NCBI GenBank assembly: GCA_963727805.1
Contig: CAVSHF010000003.1
Location: forward strand, 1,792,001-1,856,000
From: an uncultured Nitrospiraceae bacterium
GTDB lineage: Bacteria > Nitrospirota > Thermodesulfovibrionia > Thermodesulfovibrionales > Dissulfurispiraceae
Direction of reading: 5' to 3'
Length of the DNA: 64,000 nt
Position 1 is the first letter of the stretch. Each line of letters starts with the position of its first letter. Under the pieces are notes generated by a model. The model had not been told where the DNA came from, ran no database searches, and was given only the letters and a program-made list of their open reading frames with translations. Positions 21,101 through 31,463 of the stretch are shown here, in pieces. A program made the position numbers and the translations under genes.

Positions 21101-21289
21101 GCCGTTAATCGTATGGATGAGGATGCTGCAGCCTACAGAACAATATGGGCATATAGTTGTCGTCTGCTTGGCGTTCTTTATTCTGAACTCCTGGGCAGCA
21201 ACCGCTGCAGGCGAAAGAGCTGTTCCGACGGAACCAAGGGCGAGCGTGCTTCCTGTGATCTTCAGGAAGTCTCTTCTCGAAACATCCAT
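18116..21289 (-). CDS. fdnG: Formate dehydrogenase-N alpha subunit, selenocysteine-containing, Tat-exported
   Basis: Joins track ORFs 20684..21289 and 18116..20635 via in-frame TGA 20684-20686 (HQARI-U-HSATVAALAESFGRGAMTNHW); Tat SRRDFLK; CPYCSVGC..C; ALRGESNVQG. Confidence 0.96.
20653..20682 (-). promoter_or_regulatory. SECIS element of fdnG
   Basis: Hairpin ACUCUGC-AACUGUAGCGGCUCUG-GCAGAGU immediately 3' of the UGA. Confidence 0.8.
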
Positions 21290-21389
21290 GATTACCTCCT
21301 TTTTTTAAAAAAATCTATATTACTAGAAACGATGTCGGGTCTGTGACAATTCTTCCCAATTCCCATTTACCGAAATCCTGATAATGACG

Positions 21390-21653
21390 CGAGGGCGTTT
21401 TCTTGTGACGAGATTGCTTATCCGGTAGTAGCATTGTCCGGGCTGACATGCCAATATTATAGCACCGTCAACCCTTTTTTACAGGTCTAACCAAAAACCG
21501 CGGGTTCAACACGACTGCTGCACGCCCCCCGAACAATCCCGGATATTCGGAGGGTAGTGCAGCTGGGAGATCCTTACACGGTCGGTCACTTGCCGAGAGA
21601 CACAACGAGCAGAGGAAAGCGACAATACGCGGCTCAAGATTCGTGGCTGTCAT
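21390..21653 (-). pseudogene. mvhD: Frameshifted mvhD (hydrogenase/Hdr [2Fe-2S] subunit) remnant
   Basis: Across several frames: MTATNLEPRIVAFLCSLC / ISQLHYPPNIR / IVRGACSSRVEP / KKG / VDGAIILACQPGQCYYRISNLVTRKR, collinear with MvhD consensus [48 protein letters not shown]. Confidence 0.8.
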
Positions 21654-21790
21654 CAAGGACTCCTGCCATCTCGGCCGATAGAGCGTCGGAAGTAAAATGG
21701 CAACTGGCAATTGCCCTGCAGGGCAGGCTGCAATACAGATCCATACCTGTCGGAGAGTTCCTCGACGACTGCACCCCTGCCTGTTAATAA
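21634..21790 (-). pseudogene. C-terminal remnant of an HdrA-like protein
   Basis: AVVEELS / ICIAACPAG / AIASCHFTSDALSAEMAGVLDDSHES* resembles HdrA end CVAACPSGAI.A.HFT.EQI.AEI.G.L; overlaps the mvhD start as in hdrA-mvhD operons. Confidence 0.65.
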
Positions 21791-22099
21791 ACGACCGTAA
21801 TTCCAGGTCAAAAAAAACGTGTACGTGGGACAAGATACCAAGTCTTTCGACAAATGCAACAGCATCAGTAAAAGAGACCTCTTCAGGACACAAGACAACC
21901 ATATCAGATATTCATCACCCAAAGAGCCGGCTTTATCCTCGGAAGACATCCTCTTTCTGCTTTCCAGAACTTGCAATACTGAGCGATTTGACATCCCGTT
22001 CCGTACAAATCTCGATCGCCAGGGGTGCTACCTCACAGCTGCCGCATGAGGCTGTTCAGTTCATGCTCAATTCGGTTTGACTGCACATTTCGGATAATA

Positions 22100-24157
22100 T
22101 TAATCGGGATGCGGCATCAACAAAGTGCCACCACTCTCTTGGCTGTAAAACTGGTAATTATTGCGGCCCTGGTTCTTTACCCGATACATAGCAATATCCG
22201 CGTGTTTCAACAGGGTCTCGCTATCTGCTCCGTCATCGGGAAACAATGCTATACCAATACTCGAACTCACATGCAATTCATTATTGTCGATGCCCAGAGG
22301 GAATGCTTGCATCTCGATGATTCGTACCGCGATGGTTTCGGCTTCGCGCGGTAAGTCGATGTCCTGTAGGACGGCGACAAACTCATCTCCACCAAATCGC
22401 GAGAGTGTATCATTCTTGCGCAGACACAGAGCAATCTCCTTCGCCTCTTCCTTGAGAACCTCGTCGCCTACATCGTGTCCACAGAGATCATTGATCTCCT
22501 TGAAACGGTCGAGGTCAATGAACATGATGCCCGCCTTCTTTTCATTGCGACTGGCTGACGCGATAGCCTGTTGAATGCGGTCTTTCAGTAGGAAACGGTT
22601 GGGCAGGCCGGTAAGCTGGTCGTAAAATGCCATTTCGCGGATTTGTTCTTCGGACTCGACCCTCTTAGTCACGTCACTTATTACGAGCACCGCATTGGTG
22701 GTTGTCCCATAATGCGTAATCGGTGTAATCGTGAATTCGAATATCCCGTTCATCCTATCAATGCCATGAGACCAGACAACCCTCTGATTCTCCATGAGAG
22801 ACGATATGTCAGGCCAATCCCCCGGAGGTGCATCGTTACCGAATATCACCCTATAGCCGTATTGTCCCTGAACTTTTTTTGCCGACGTCCTGAACCAGTC
22901 TTCTGCTGTGCGATTCATCCTTATGATCCGCCCGTCCCTGTCGAGTGTAACCACAGCCTCTTTTACCGAGTTGAATGTGCGCTCCCATTCCTCCGCTGAA
23001 CGTTGCAGCGAACCTAGTGTTAGATTGAGCTTCTCAGCAAGACGCAGGAAGGATGCTGCGAGCAGCCCGATTTCATCTCGGGATCGAATTTTTTTCAGAA
23101 TATCCAGAGAGGAATGTGCCGGATCGTACGTCCCTTTCGTCTCCGTACTTTCAAGTTCTGCGCTAATCTGGGAAGCAACACGTTCGAACTGCTCGAGCGG
23201 CCTGGAGACGCGACGAATTGCTATAGCACCAAGGACAATAGCCAGTAATATAGCGATGCCTGAAATAAGCAATATGCGCTCACGTGCTTTTGAGACTGGT
23301 GCATAGGCTTCCTGCTGCGTTACCTGAACGGCAACAATCCAGTCGGTGTTCGCAATCCGCCTGACCGAAAGTAGCATGGGGACACCCTTTGAATTGACCG
23401 TCTCTCCCTCGCCCTCGAATCCCTTGATCGCGGCCTCCATCATCATATTCTTCCCTTCCCCGACAAATGTCAAAAGCCGGTCGTCCTCAGGGTGAAGAAC
23501 TAGCCGACGTGCCCTGTCAAAGATAAACAAGTAGCCCGTATCCCCGAATTTCTGTTTGCGATAACCGCCTAATGCTTTGTAGGAAAGAAGGTCCGTTGAG
23601 CAGGCTACAATAGCGATAAGCTGACCATGCTCATCAGTCACCGGTGACGTAAACGTAAGCACTGGCTGTCCTGTTCGCTTTGATATATAGGGCTCGCCAA
23701 CTATCCCCTTTCTCTCTTGGACGGTGCGCTGGTAGTACTGGCGGAAGGCAAATGATTGACCGCGCAATTCCGGATGAGAAGGATAATCTACTAGAAACTT
23801 TCCCTCTTTGTCGAGTATGAATATCCCGTTCTGATACTCTGGAAAGATCTCCAAGAGTTTTTTAAGATGGGATTCGACTTCATGGGATCTGCCCTCCAGA
23901 AGGGCCTTCATAGGCAGGGTAATGGCGGTGGCATGGGCATCCTTCAAACCCTCATTGATAAAGGTTTCGATGCCGTGGGCCGCAATCTTCACCTGACCAT
24001 CCACGCCTTTTAAAATAGTCTGCCTGAGCGACTCTTCGTGATAATGAAGGAAAAAAACGCTTACGGTTACAAGCACCGTGGTGACAACTGCCGTAAGCAG
24101 TAATGTTGTCTTCGTGACGAGATGCACGCCCCCCTCCCCCAAAAAAATTACTCTCAT
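22100..24157 (-). CDS. Membrane diguanylate cyclase (dCache-HAMP-PAS-GGDEF)
   Basis: 2 TM, Cache-like PYISKRTG, YDQLTGLPNR, FIDLDRFKEIND, I-site RKND, RFGGDEF. Confidence 0.92.
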   Translation of the reverse strand: MRVIFLGEGGVHLVTKTTLLLTAVVTTVLVTVSVFFLHYHEESLRQTILKGVDGQVKIAAHGIETFINEGLKDAHATAITLPMKALLEGRSHEVESHLKKLLEIFPEYQNGIFILDKEGKFLVDYPSHPELRGQSFAFRQYYQRTVQERKGIVGEPYISKRTGQPVLTFTSPVTDEHGQLIAIVACSTDLLSYKALGGYRKQKFGDTGYLFIFDRARRLVLHPEDDRLLTFVGEGKNMMMEAAIKGFEGEGETVNSKGVPMLLSVRRIANTDWIVAVQVTQQEAYAPVSKARERILLISGIAILLAIVLGAIAIRRVSRPLEQFERVASQISAELESTETKGTYDPAHSSLDILKKIRSRDEIGLLAASFLRLAEKLNLTLGSLQRSAEEWERTFNSVKEAVVTLDRDGRIIRMNRTAEDWFRTSAKKVQGQYGYRVIFGNDAPPGDWPDISSLMENQRVVWSHGIDRMNGIFEFTITPITHYGTTTNAVLVISDVTKRVESEEQIREMAFYDQLTGLPNRFLLKDRIQQAIASASRNEKKAGIMFIDLDRFKEINDLCGHDVGDEVLKEEAKEIALCLRKNDTLSRFGGDEFVAVLQDIDLPREAETIAVRIIEMQAFPLGIDNNELHVSSSIGIALFPDDGADSETLLKHADIAMYRVKNQGRNNYQFYSQESGGTLLMPHPD

Positions 24158-24322
24158 TTGTTATACTTTATTCCGACTCATCTCATACTTACGATCCTCT
24201 GACTATCCTCCATTATTACACATCATAAATTTCGATAGAGTAACTCATCAAGCTTCCCAGGATGCGTCAGGATCGGGTAACATGCTGCCCAGAGATATCG
24301 GCTTTTGTCACGCAAACTGAAA

Positions 24323-25645
24323 TCAGGGCGCGGTTATTCCTCGTTTCGGAATGAGGAAAGTGAAGGTGCTGCCTTTTCCATATTCGCTTGTTGCCCAAAT
24401 GCGCCCGCCATGAAGTTCAACAAGCTGTTTGCTCAGTGCGAGTCCGAGACCGGCGCCCTCAAATTTATCGGCGTAAGGAGAATTAAGCTGCGTGAACCCC
24501 TTAAAGAGATTCTTCATATCCCCAGGCCGTATTCCTATCCCCGTGTCTTCGATCGAGATCTCCACGCACTCATCAGGGATCCCTCCTGTTTCCTGAGAGA
24601 GCACCTGCGATCTAATACGGACTGAACCTCCATCCGGAGTGAATTTTACCGCGTTACTGAGGAGATTGAATACAATCTGCTTAAGCCTCAATGGATCCGC
24701 CACGATCTCGACGTCTCTGTCAGTGCCCATCTCAAGACTGAGACTGATCCCGTGAGTCATTGCCTTTTCTTTCTGCATATTTAAGGCAGCCTTGAGAATA
24801 TCAATTAAAAGCACCCGGCACAACTCTAGATTCAGCTTGCCAGCTTCCGCCTTCGAAAGATCGAGAATTTCACCAATTAGTCTGAGCAGATGCATACCGC
24901 TGTCATGAATGTAGCCCACATATTCACGCTGTCTATCATTAAGATCGCCGGCGCTATCATCTTGAAGAATCTCTGAAAATCCGATTATAGAATTAAGCGG
25001 GGTCCTCAGTTCATGACTCATGTTTGCAAGGAAGTCTGACTTTGCCCTGCTAGCAGCCTCTGCCCCTTCTTTTGAGATTTCCGCTTCTTCCGCGCGTTTG
25101 CGTTCGGCGATATCAACCACTACTGTCCGACAATAGACAGGACTAGCCTCGGTATCTTTATCAGCTACGCTCAGCAGTCGAACATTGGTGAGGGGAGCGG
25201 CATTTCTCCCGAGTCTGAGCTCGCATGTCCTGCGCTCACGTCCCTTGAAAACCTCCGACAGGTGTAAGTTGAAGATGTCCCGGTCTCTAGAATCCACATA
25301 CCCCTGGAACGGCGTAGCATTTAGAAGATTCTTATCGACACCCAGAATATGCGAGCCGACAAGATTGACCTCGCGGATTAAACCTTTTTCGTCTAGGGTG
25401 AAACAGCCAATGGGGGCGAACTGGTACAGATTAAAGTATCTGCTGCATGATTTCTCGATCTCCTCCTGTGCCCGGAGCAATTCCTGGTTTTGCATCTCCA
25501 GCTCGCCTTGGTAAGTTCTGAGTACACTAACAAGCTGACCGATGTCCTTTGAGGACAACTCCCCTAGTCGTTCTTCTAGTTCTTTCAGCTTTTCTTCTGT
25601 CTTCCCGCGAAGCTCAGAGATTTTTCCCGACTTCGAATACTCCAT
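24323..25645 (-). CDS. Cytoplasmic PAS sensor histidine kinase
   Basis: H-box [44 protein letters not shown]. Confidence 0.93.
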   Translation of the reverse strand: MEYSKSGKISELRGKTEEKLKELEERLGELSSKDIGQLVSVLRTYQGELEMQNQELLRAQEEIEKSCSRYFNLYQFAPIGCFTLDEKGLIREVNLVGSHILGVDKNLLNATPFQGYVDSRDRDIFNLHLSEVFKGRERRTCELRLGRNAAPLTNVRLLSVADKDTEASPVYCRTVVVDIAERKRAEEAEISKEGAEAASRAKSDFLANMSHELRTPLNSIIGFSEILQDDSAGDLNDRQREYVGYIHDSGMHLLRLIGEILDLSKAEAGKLNLELCRVLLIDILKAALNMQKEKAMTHGISLSLEMGTDRDVEIVADPLRLKQIVFNLLSNAVKFTPDGGSVRIRSQVLSQETGGIPDECVEISIEDTGIGIRPGDMKNLFKGFTQLNSPYADKFEGAGLGLALSKQLVELHGGRIWATSEYGKGSTFTFLIPKRGITAP

Positions 25646-25754
25646 CGTTTTTGGACTCCATTATATCCAGTCTCTTCCAGAGCGAAAAATATATCTGTTT
25701 CTTGCGCTGTTTTAAAACTATCTCTCTTTTTTACCTGTCACCTCTAAATTAATT

Positions 25755-26804
25755 CTATTCCCCTGGAACGTGTAGATACTGGGCCGAACTGCCAGGCTCA
25801 ATCGACTCGAGCAACCGCAACCATGAGGAACTGATATGCTCAAACTCTTTTTTGCAGGGGATATAAACAACCTTCAAATCGGGATACTGCTCCTGCACAT
25901 ACCTCAACTGGATGACCTCTTGCCTGAGATCGAAGCCGTCACGAATGCCCCGGATGAGTGTTACATCCTGATCCTGTGCCTTCCGTTTAAGATAATCGGA
26001 TAAAAAGCCACGGAAGGCCTCGACCTGGTGGAATGGCAACTGTGTTTCGATTGCTGTGGTTCGCTCCTTCGCGATTACATCCCAACTCCGACAGTCAGTT
26101 TTTTCCGGATTCATGCCCACACTAATGATGACCTTATCGAAGATCTTCTCAGCCTGATGCAGGACGTCCATGTGGCCTATGTGGAAGGGATTATAGCTGC
26201 CTGCGTATACCCCTACATTCGGCCTTCTAGCACGTATATATTCCGTATAAGCATGCATGAGCGATACCCTCACGGCTCGTTCGCTTTTCGGGAGAAGCCA
26301 GGAATAGTTATCTGCAACGCGAACCAGAAACGCCAGCCTAGTTGCCCGGTAGACTGAATAATCGACCCACTGATATTCCCTGAATATCTTCTTTTCTTCG
26401 ATAATAAGCCTGTTCATGTCGCCTGTCAGGAACCCCTTCAGGTCCATGAGCATAAAGGTGCGAATAATGTTGGACTGCGGCTTTGTCATGACTTCGTACT
26501 TCGTCTGTACAATCCCCTCATCGACAACTGCCTTATACCGAGATGACGGCCTTACACAGGCATTAAAGAAAGCGCGCGATGCATCCTCATTGTTGGTGCC
26601 CCGCGGATTGAAAATGATATCGTGCATCAAGGCAAGAAGCACAAGAGGGGCCCTGTCAACCATGTTCTGTGCAAATATCTGTCCGATTAGGTCGTCGAGA
26701 TGGGACAGATCGTGATAATAGCGGCCCTTCTCGCTCCACCTGGCGATAATCGCCGAGATCGGAAGGCTCAGATGTGCAGAGATGATCTTCTCGATCTCTT
26801 TCAT
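25755..26804 (-). CDS. coaD: HD-domain / phosphopantetheine adenylyltransferase (CoaD) fusion
   Basis: N-terminal RYYHDLSHL..LMHDIIFNP..NEDAS..MDL; C-terminal VYAGSYNPFHIGH, NPEK, LIRGIR, HISSS; start 26804 or 26870. Confidence 0.8.
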   Translation of the reverse strand: MKEIEKIISAHLSLPISAIIARWSEKGRYYHDLSHLDDLIGQIFAQNMVDRAPLVLLALMHDIIFNPRGTNNEDASRAFFNACVRPSSRYKAVVDEGIVQTKYEVMTKPQSNIIRTFMLMDLKGFLTGDMNRLIIEEKKIFREYQWVDYSVYRATRLAFLVRVADNYSWLLPKSERAVRVSLMHAYTEYIRARRPNVGVYAGSYNPFHIGHMDVLHQAEKIFDKVIISVGMNPEKTDCRSWDVIAKERTTAIETQLPFHQVEAFRGFLSDYLKRKAQDQDVTLIRGIRDGFDLRQEVIQLRYVQEQYPDLKVVYIPCKKEFEHISSSWLRLLESIEPGSSAQYLHVPGE

Positions 26805-26890
26805 ATTGGACCGGATGTTGCTGTACTGGTGGATATCCTTATTCGGCACCAGCCTACTTTTCATCTCCAACCGTCTCCCTTTCTGTACCT

Positions 26891-27547
26891 TTACGACTTC
26901 AACTTATTGACAATATCGACGATGAATCTTGCCGTTATTCCCCATATCACTCGCTGGTCTACTTTATACACATAAATGTCATGTTTGAGGCTTCCCCAAG
27001 GTTTCGTATATTTGTCCGGCAGTCCCAGGTCCCGTGCCGGGAATAAAACTATTTCCTCGCCCGTTTTTTCGTCTGTAACAGCAGGATGAACTTTGAGGAG
27101 AGTCTGGTATTTTTCCGGTTCATTCTTTTCAAAATGCGATACCGGAACGGAAAAAACACACTCAACTTCATCCTTGTTTGCTGCAATTTCATCAAGACTG
27201 CTTATGTCGGCCACACCCACGAAGGCATGAACGATCGCACCCACTGAGGCTATCTGGGCGTCAAGCGCTCCGATAACTTTAATCTTCTCAGCCGGAATCC
27301 CCATCTCTTCACCTGTTTCCCGTATGGCCGTACGTTCGGGTGTGGAATCTCCTGGATGGCACACGCCTCCGGGGAAACATATCTCTCCGTTCTGCCTGAT
27401 ATGGGGACTTCTTTTTTGAAACACAAAATGGTATTCACCCCCCATAAAGAGGAGCAATGCCAAAACAGCGGTTGCGATATATTCGCCTTGAGTGTGTATC
27501 CCAGCATGCACTGGCAACTTGCCCTGCAACTGTTCTAACCGCGTCAT
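26891..27547 (-). CDS. Nudix hydrolase, CoA pyrophosphatase family
   Basis: FQKRSPHIRQNGEICFPGG plus Nudix box TAIRETGEEMGI, NKDEVE, IWGITA. Confidence 0.88.
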   Translation of the reverse strand: MTRLEQLQGKLPVHAGIHTQGEYIATAVLALLLFMGGEYHFVFQKRSPHIRQNGEICFPGGVCHPGDSTPERTAIRETGEEMGIPAEKIKVIGALDAQIASVGAIVHAFVGVADISSLDEIAANKDEVECVFSVPVSHFEKNEPEKYQTLLKVHPAVTDEKTGEEIVLFPARDLGLPDKYTKPWGSLKHDIYVYKVDQRVIWGITARFIVDIVNKLKS

Positions 27548-27605
27548 TCAACAGCTCTCCTTTTTTGTTTCAATCTTACAAAATCGCGTCATGTGCTATT
27601 ACTCA

Positions 27606-29489
27606 CTATCCCATCCATTTTTCCTCCGCACTTTTAGCCTGCAGGCTCTTTTCCGGTTCGGTAGGAATCAGACACATCTCGCCCTCGATCGGTGCAATCA
27701 CTGCCTCTCCCCAGACATCCCTGACTCGCTCCTTGACCTGGAGCAGTTCAAACCAGCGCTTGATAGTGCCAACGAACACAACAATCATCATACCCATGAC
27801 AATAGTTGCTAAGGCTGCCAATAAATACAGTTGTTTCGGCAGATATGCGACCGTGATATTCAGATAACCGGCATACATGGTGATAAAAGCGAGAAATATG
27901 CCAGGCACCGCAGTCACCCATGCATATTTTGCCTTGCCCATACGGATCAGCATCGTGGTAACAATGATGAGCGCGCTCGATGCAAGCAACTGATTGCTCA
28001 TGCCGAAGAGCGGCCAGATTGTAGAGATATTCCCCGTATACACCAGATAACCCCATGAGAAAGAAAAGAGACCACCCGTAATGATAATGCCGGGGACCCA
28101 CTTTTTCTCATTAAACTTCGGGATGATCTTGCCAAACATCTCCTGAAGCAGAAACCGCCCAACCCGCGTACCGGCGTCGACAGCTGTAAGTATGAAAACC
28201 GCTTCGAACATAATGGCAAAGTGATACCAATACGCCATTAACCCTTTCATATATGGGATTGAATCGAAGATATATGCCATACCGACCGCAAGGGACACTG
28301 CGCCTCCGGGCCTACCCTGGATTTTTTCACCTACTTCTGTTGCAAGCCTACTGAGTTCAACAGTAGGCATTCCGAGTTTCGCAAACGCGGCCGGAGCGGA
28401 ATTGATGGCAAAATAGTCCGCCGGTATCAGCACGCATGCGGCTATTAGGGCCATGATCGCAACAAAGCCTTCCATCAGCATCGCACCATACCCTACAAAA
28501 AGGATGTCCTTCTCGCTATTCAGCATCTTTGGCGTCGTTCCTGTAGCGATGATTGCATGGAAACCCGATACTGCTCCACAAGCAATCGTGATAAAGACAT
28601 ACGGAATAACATTGCCCGGAATAACCGGTCCGCCCCCTCCGACAAACTGAGTAAGCGCCGGCATCTTAAGCACTGGCTGGACGAAAAAGATTCCTACAGC
28701 TAGAGTTACGATCGTAGCAATCTTAAGATAGGTAGAGAGATAGTCCCTTGGTGCCAAAAGCATCCAGACCGGCAGAACTGAAGCAGTGAAAGCATAAAGC
28801 GGGATTGCAACCGCGATCTGCTGCTTGCTGAGCTTCAGTATCTGGGCAAGTGCAGATGCGGGCTCTATCGCACCTCCTGCATATACAGCCAAGCCGAGCA
28901 ATATAACTCCGACAATGCTCGCTCCTTTTACGTCTCCCGGGCGAATCTTGTACATCCAGAAGCCCATGAAGACCGCAATAGGGATGGTGGAACCCACGAC
29001 GAAGACTCCCCAGAAACTTTCGAAAAGAGCATTCAGACAGGCGATGGAAAGCCCTGCAAGCGTGAGGATAAGGATAAAGAGGAAGGCAAAAGAGGCGACA
29101 ACTCCCACTGTCTTGCCGACTTCACTCTCTGCTATCTTTGCGAGGCTCTGTCCTTTGTGGCGCATCGAGGCGAAAAGTACAACCATATCATGCACTCCCC
29201 CCGCAAGCACACATCCGACGATGATCCATAGTGCCCCAGGCAGAAACCCGAACTGAGCCGCAAGAACAGGCCCAAGCAAGGGACCGGCTGCTGCTATAGC
29301 TGCGAAATGGTGTCCAAACAATACAAACTTATTCGTTTTAACATAGTCGATTCCGTCCGCACAGGTTTCAGCCGGTGTAGGACGATCAGCCCGCAGACCC
29401 AGGACCTTATTGGCAATGAAAAGTCCGTAAAGCCGGTACGCAATAGCAAAAATGCATAACGTTACAAATACAAGTGTTACTGCGTTCAT
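27606..29489 (-). CDS. cstA: Carbon starvation protein A family transporter
   Basis: DGIDYV, LFGHHFAAIAAAGPLLGP, LAPRDYLS, IACGAVSGFHA, GTTPK, DAGTRVGR, IWPLFGMSNQLL. Confidence 0.95.
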   Translation of the reverse strand: MNAVTLVFVTLCIFAIAYRLYGLFIANKVLGLRADRPTPAETCADGIDYVKTNKFVLFGHHFAAIAAAGPLLGPVLAAQFGFLPGALWIIVGCVLAGGVHDMVVLFASMRHKGQSLAKIAESEVGKTVGVVASFAFLFILILTLAGLSIACLNALFESFWGVFVVGSTIPIAVFMGFWMYKIRPGDVKGASIVGVILLGLAVYAGGAIEPASALAQILKLSKQQIAVAIPLYAFTASVLPVWMLLAPRDYLSTYLKIATIVTLAVGIFFVQPVLKMPALTQFVGGGGPVIPGNVIPYVFITIACGAVSGFHAIIATGTTPKMLNSEKDILFVGYGAMLMEGFVAIMALIAACVLIPADYFAINSAPAAFAKLGMPTVELSRLATEVGEKIQGRPGGAVSLAVGMAYIFDSIPYMKGLMAYWYHFAIMFEAVFILTAVDAGTRVGRFLLQEMFGKIIPKFNEKKWVPGIIITGGLFSFSWGYLVYTGNISTIWPLFGMSNQLLASSALIIVTTMLIRMGKAKYAWVTAVPGIFLAFITMYAGYLNITVAYLPKQLYLLAALATIVMGMMIVVFVGTIKRWFELLQVKERVRDVWGEAVIAPIEGEMCLIPTEPEKSLQAKSAEEKWMG

Positions 29490-29719
29490 CTCTATTCCCT
29501 CCCGATAGTCTTAAGTCAGCAACCTCCGGCTATGCCAGTGGTTCGATCAGCCGCAAATATTTCACCTTTGCGTGACAAATAGTATAATCTTAACTCTAGC
29601 ACGTCTCACAGCTATATTCTATCGTTTTTGACTGGCTCGCTGTCCCTTCTTATTGTCTATCCATCGCACAGCGGCCCTCCAACTGCTCTTTTTATTCACC
29701 CTAATTACTCCCTCAGCAT

Positions 29720-30073
29720 TTAAAGCTCTGGGGCTTTCGCGGGAACGAGACAGACGACAATCAATGTGTCCTTGCCAGAATTTCGTATTTGATGCTCTTC
29801 ATTGCCCGGAATAAACAGAACATTGCCGGCTTTAGCCAAGTTCCAGCGACCATTGCCGTACACTTCGCCTTGACCATAATGAATAAACATCTGATGTTCC
29901 CAATCGTGCGAATGCCTCGGCGTGTTTCCTCCCGCTGAAATCTCGAAGATGCGCATACAGAACTTGTCTGCCCCGTCGGCCTTGCCGATGACTACACGAG
30001 CCGCGACACCTTTTGCTTGGTCATTGTCATAATGCGTTGCTTCAATTTCAGCATATGGAACAACCTTCATCAT
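29720..30073 (-). CDS. Cupin-2 domain protein
   Basis: GGNTPRHSHDWEH...FIPGNEEHQIRN. Confidence 0.9.
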   Translation of the reverse strand: MMKVVPYAEIEATHYDNDQAKGVAARVVIGKADGADKFCMRIFEISAGGNTPRHSHDWEHQMFIHYGQGEVYGNGRWNLAKAGNVLFIPGNEEHQIRNSGKDTLIVVCLVPAKAPEL

Positions 30074-30116
30074 TTCCTCCCATTATCGAGTCCAATCACA
30101 TGGTCAGTCTTCATTT

Positions 30117-30962
30117 TTAAAAAGAACTCCTTCCTTCTTTGTCGAGGCCCTGGCTGAGTTTACTGCCAAGCGCAAGGCTAGCCTGCATTACCGCAGTATT
30201 GAGACCTTCAGCAGTAAGTACATGATATTTAATGCCGGCTTCCGATTCGGCAAAAGCGATATATTGCTCGATCTCGGCGTCCTTAAGCGACCGATACGTA
30301 TAAAGAAACCCTGCGAGGGTCTCTTGCCGGATGCTCTTTTGCAATTGTTCCCTATCGTCATTAACCTCGGCTAAAATCGCTTCGACAGAAGGCCTCTGCT
30401 CCGCAGGCATCGCAGCGGTTACGGCCAAAATGAAAGCGACCTGCAAATTAATAGTAAGGCTCACTCCAACATCTGTGGCTTTTATCGCATTATCCAATTT
30501 TGAGAGCAGTTTGGCGCGCTCAGAGTTTTTATCAATCCTATCGGCCATCTTCCGTATGTCTTTATTTGCCTCAAGCTTGGAAGCTTGTTCTTCCAGCATC
30601 GATATCCTTTCTCCAAGCGGAGAACTGAGCCACTCCAACACTGCGCGTATGTCCTTCTCCGGCAAATTCTCCTGAATATGCATTTGAACAGTATCATTCA
30701 ATTTTCTGGCATTGAACGACTCTGCCACCTTGCTGCTTAAGTCATTTATTTCACTCTGTGATAATTTATCGCTGGACTCCTGATTCGCCCTGATGATGTC
30801 GGCCTGTATCATAGCCGGAAACTGTTCTATCTGCCTACTTAGCCCTGACTTTTTCATAACCTGTCTAACAAGCTGCTCATCCGCTGTTCCTTGTTGAGCG
30901 GAGCAAGTGGCCGAATATAGCAACAGCAATCCCGTACACACGATCTTAAAGACTTTCAACAT
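30117..30962 (-). CDS. Exported alpha-helical protein (DUF2059-like)
   Basis: Signal peptide; repeated WLSSPLGERI / FAESEAGIKY motifs. Confidence 0.7.
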   Translation of the reverse strand: MLKVFKIVCTGLLLLYSATCSAQQGTADEQLVRQVMKKSGLSRQIEQFPAMIQADIIRANQESSDKLSQSEINDLSSKVAESFNARKLNDTVQMHIQENLPEKDIRAVLEWLSSPLGERISMLEEQASKLEANKDIRKMADRIDKNSERAKLLSKLDNAIKATDVGVSLTINLQVAFILAVTAAMPAEQRPSVEAILAEVNDDREQLQKSIRQETLAGFLYTYRSLKDAEIEQYIAFAESEAGIKYHVLTAEGLNTAVMQASLALGSKLSQGLDKEGRSSF

Positions 30963-31463
30963 TTACTGTCTCCTTCTCCCTGTAATCATCCCGACCGGGA
31001 CGGGCCGTGCCAATAAGCTTCAGTTCGATATATTTATATTGCCATAAGAATTCGTTATGCGATCTAGTCGATCCTATCTGTCATAAGTGCCGTGCACCAT
31101 CCCCCCCCGCGTGCTCCATTCTAAGCACTCTTGAAAGGGACAAAGAATTCCGAAGCAAAAATTAATCATGTTCATTTGATCGCCTCCACAAATGCTATGG
31201 CGCTTGGGTTCCCGTCGTCATGCTCAAGAAGCAGCTTCTCGACTTAATCAAGACCGTATTCCACATCGCCATTGCTAATCCCCTAAGTGCTGGGCGAGAA
31301 CACCATGGCCTTCATCGAAAAACGGTGTAATATTATCAGATATTTCCATGGATAAAGTCCTTACTATTAAACATCTGTCTGGAATCAATTTAGTTAGGCA
31401 CACCGTAGATCCCTATCCTATAGGGAATCAACTAGCATTGAACGAGCAATTTCTTCATATATC

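Noticed and set aside
21310..21360. ModE/Rex-like sites or a Moco riboswitch before fdnG
   Set aside because: Only half-site or mis-spaced matches; no riboswitch core motifs
21468..22080. Track ORFs 21468..21902, 21653..21994 and 21697..22080 as real genes
   Set aside because: They are chimeric frames across the hdrA/mvhD relic, or antisense to it
29490..29580. Possible c-di-GMP-I riboswitch upstream of cstA (ACGCAAAG...)
   Set aside because: The GGCAAAC...GAAA P2 arm is missing; only a partial resemblance
30963..31463. Possible decayed gene in a 500-bp spacer
   Set aside because: Only a vague PAC-like fragment; too weak to call
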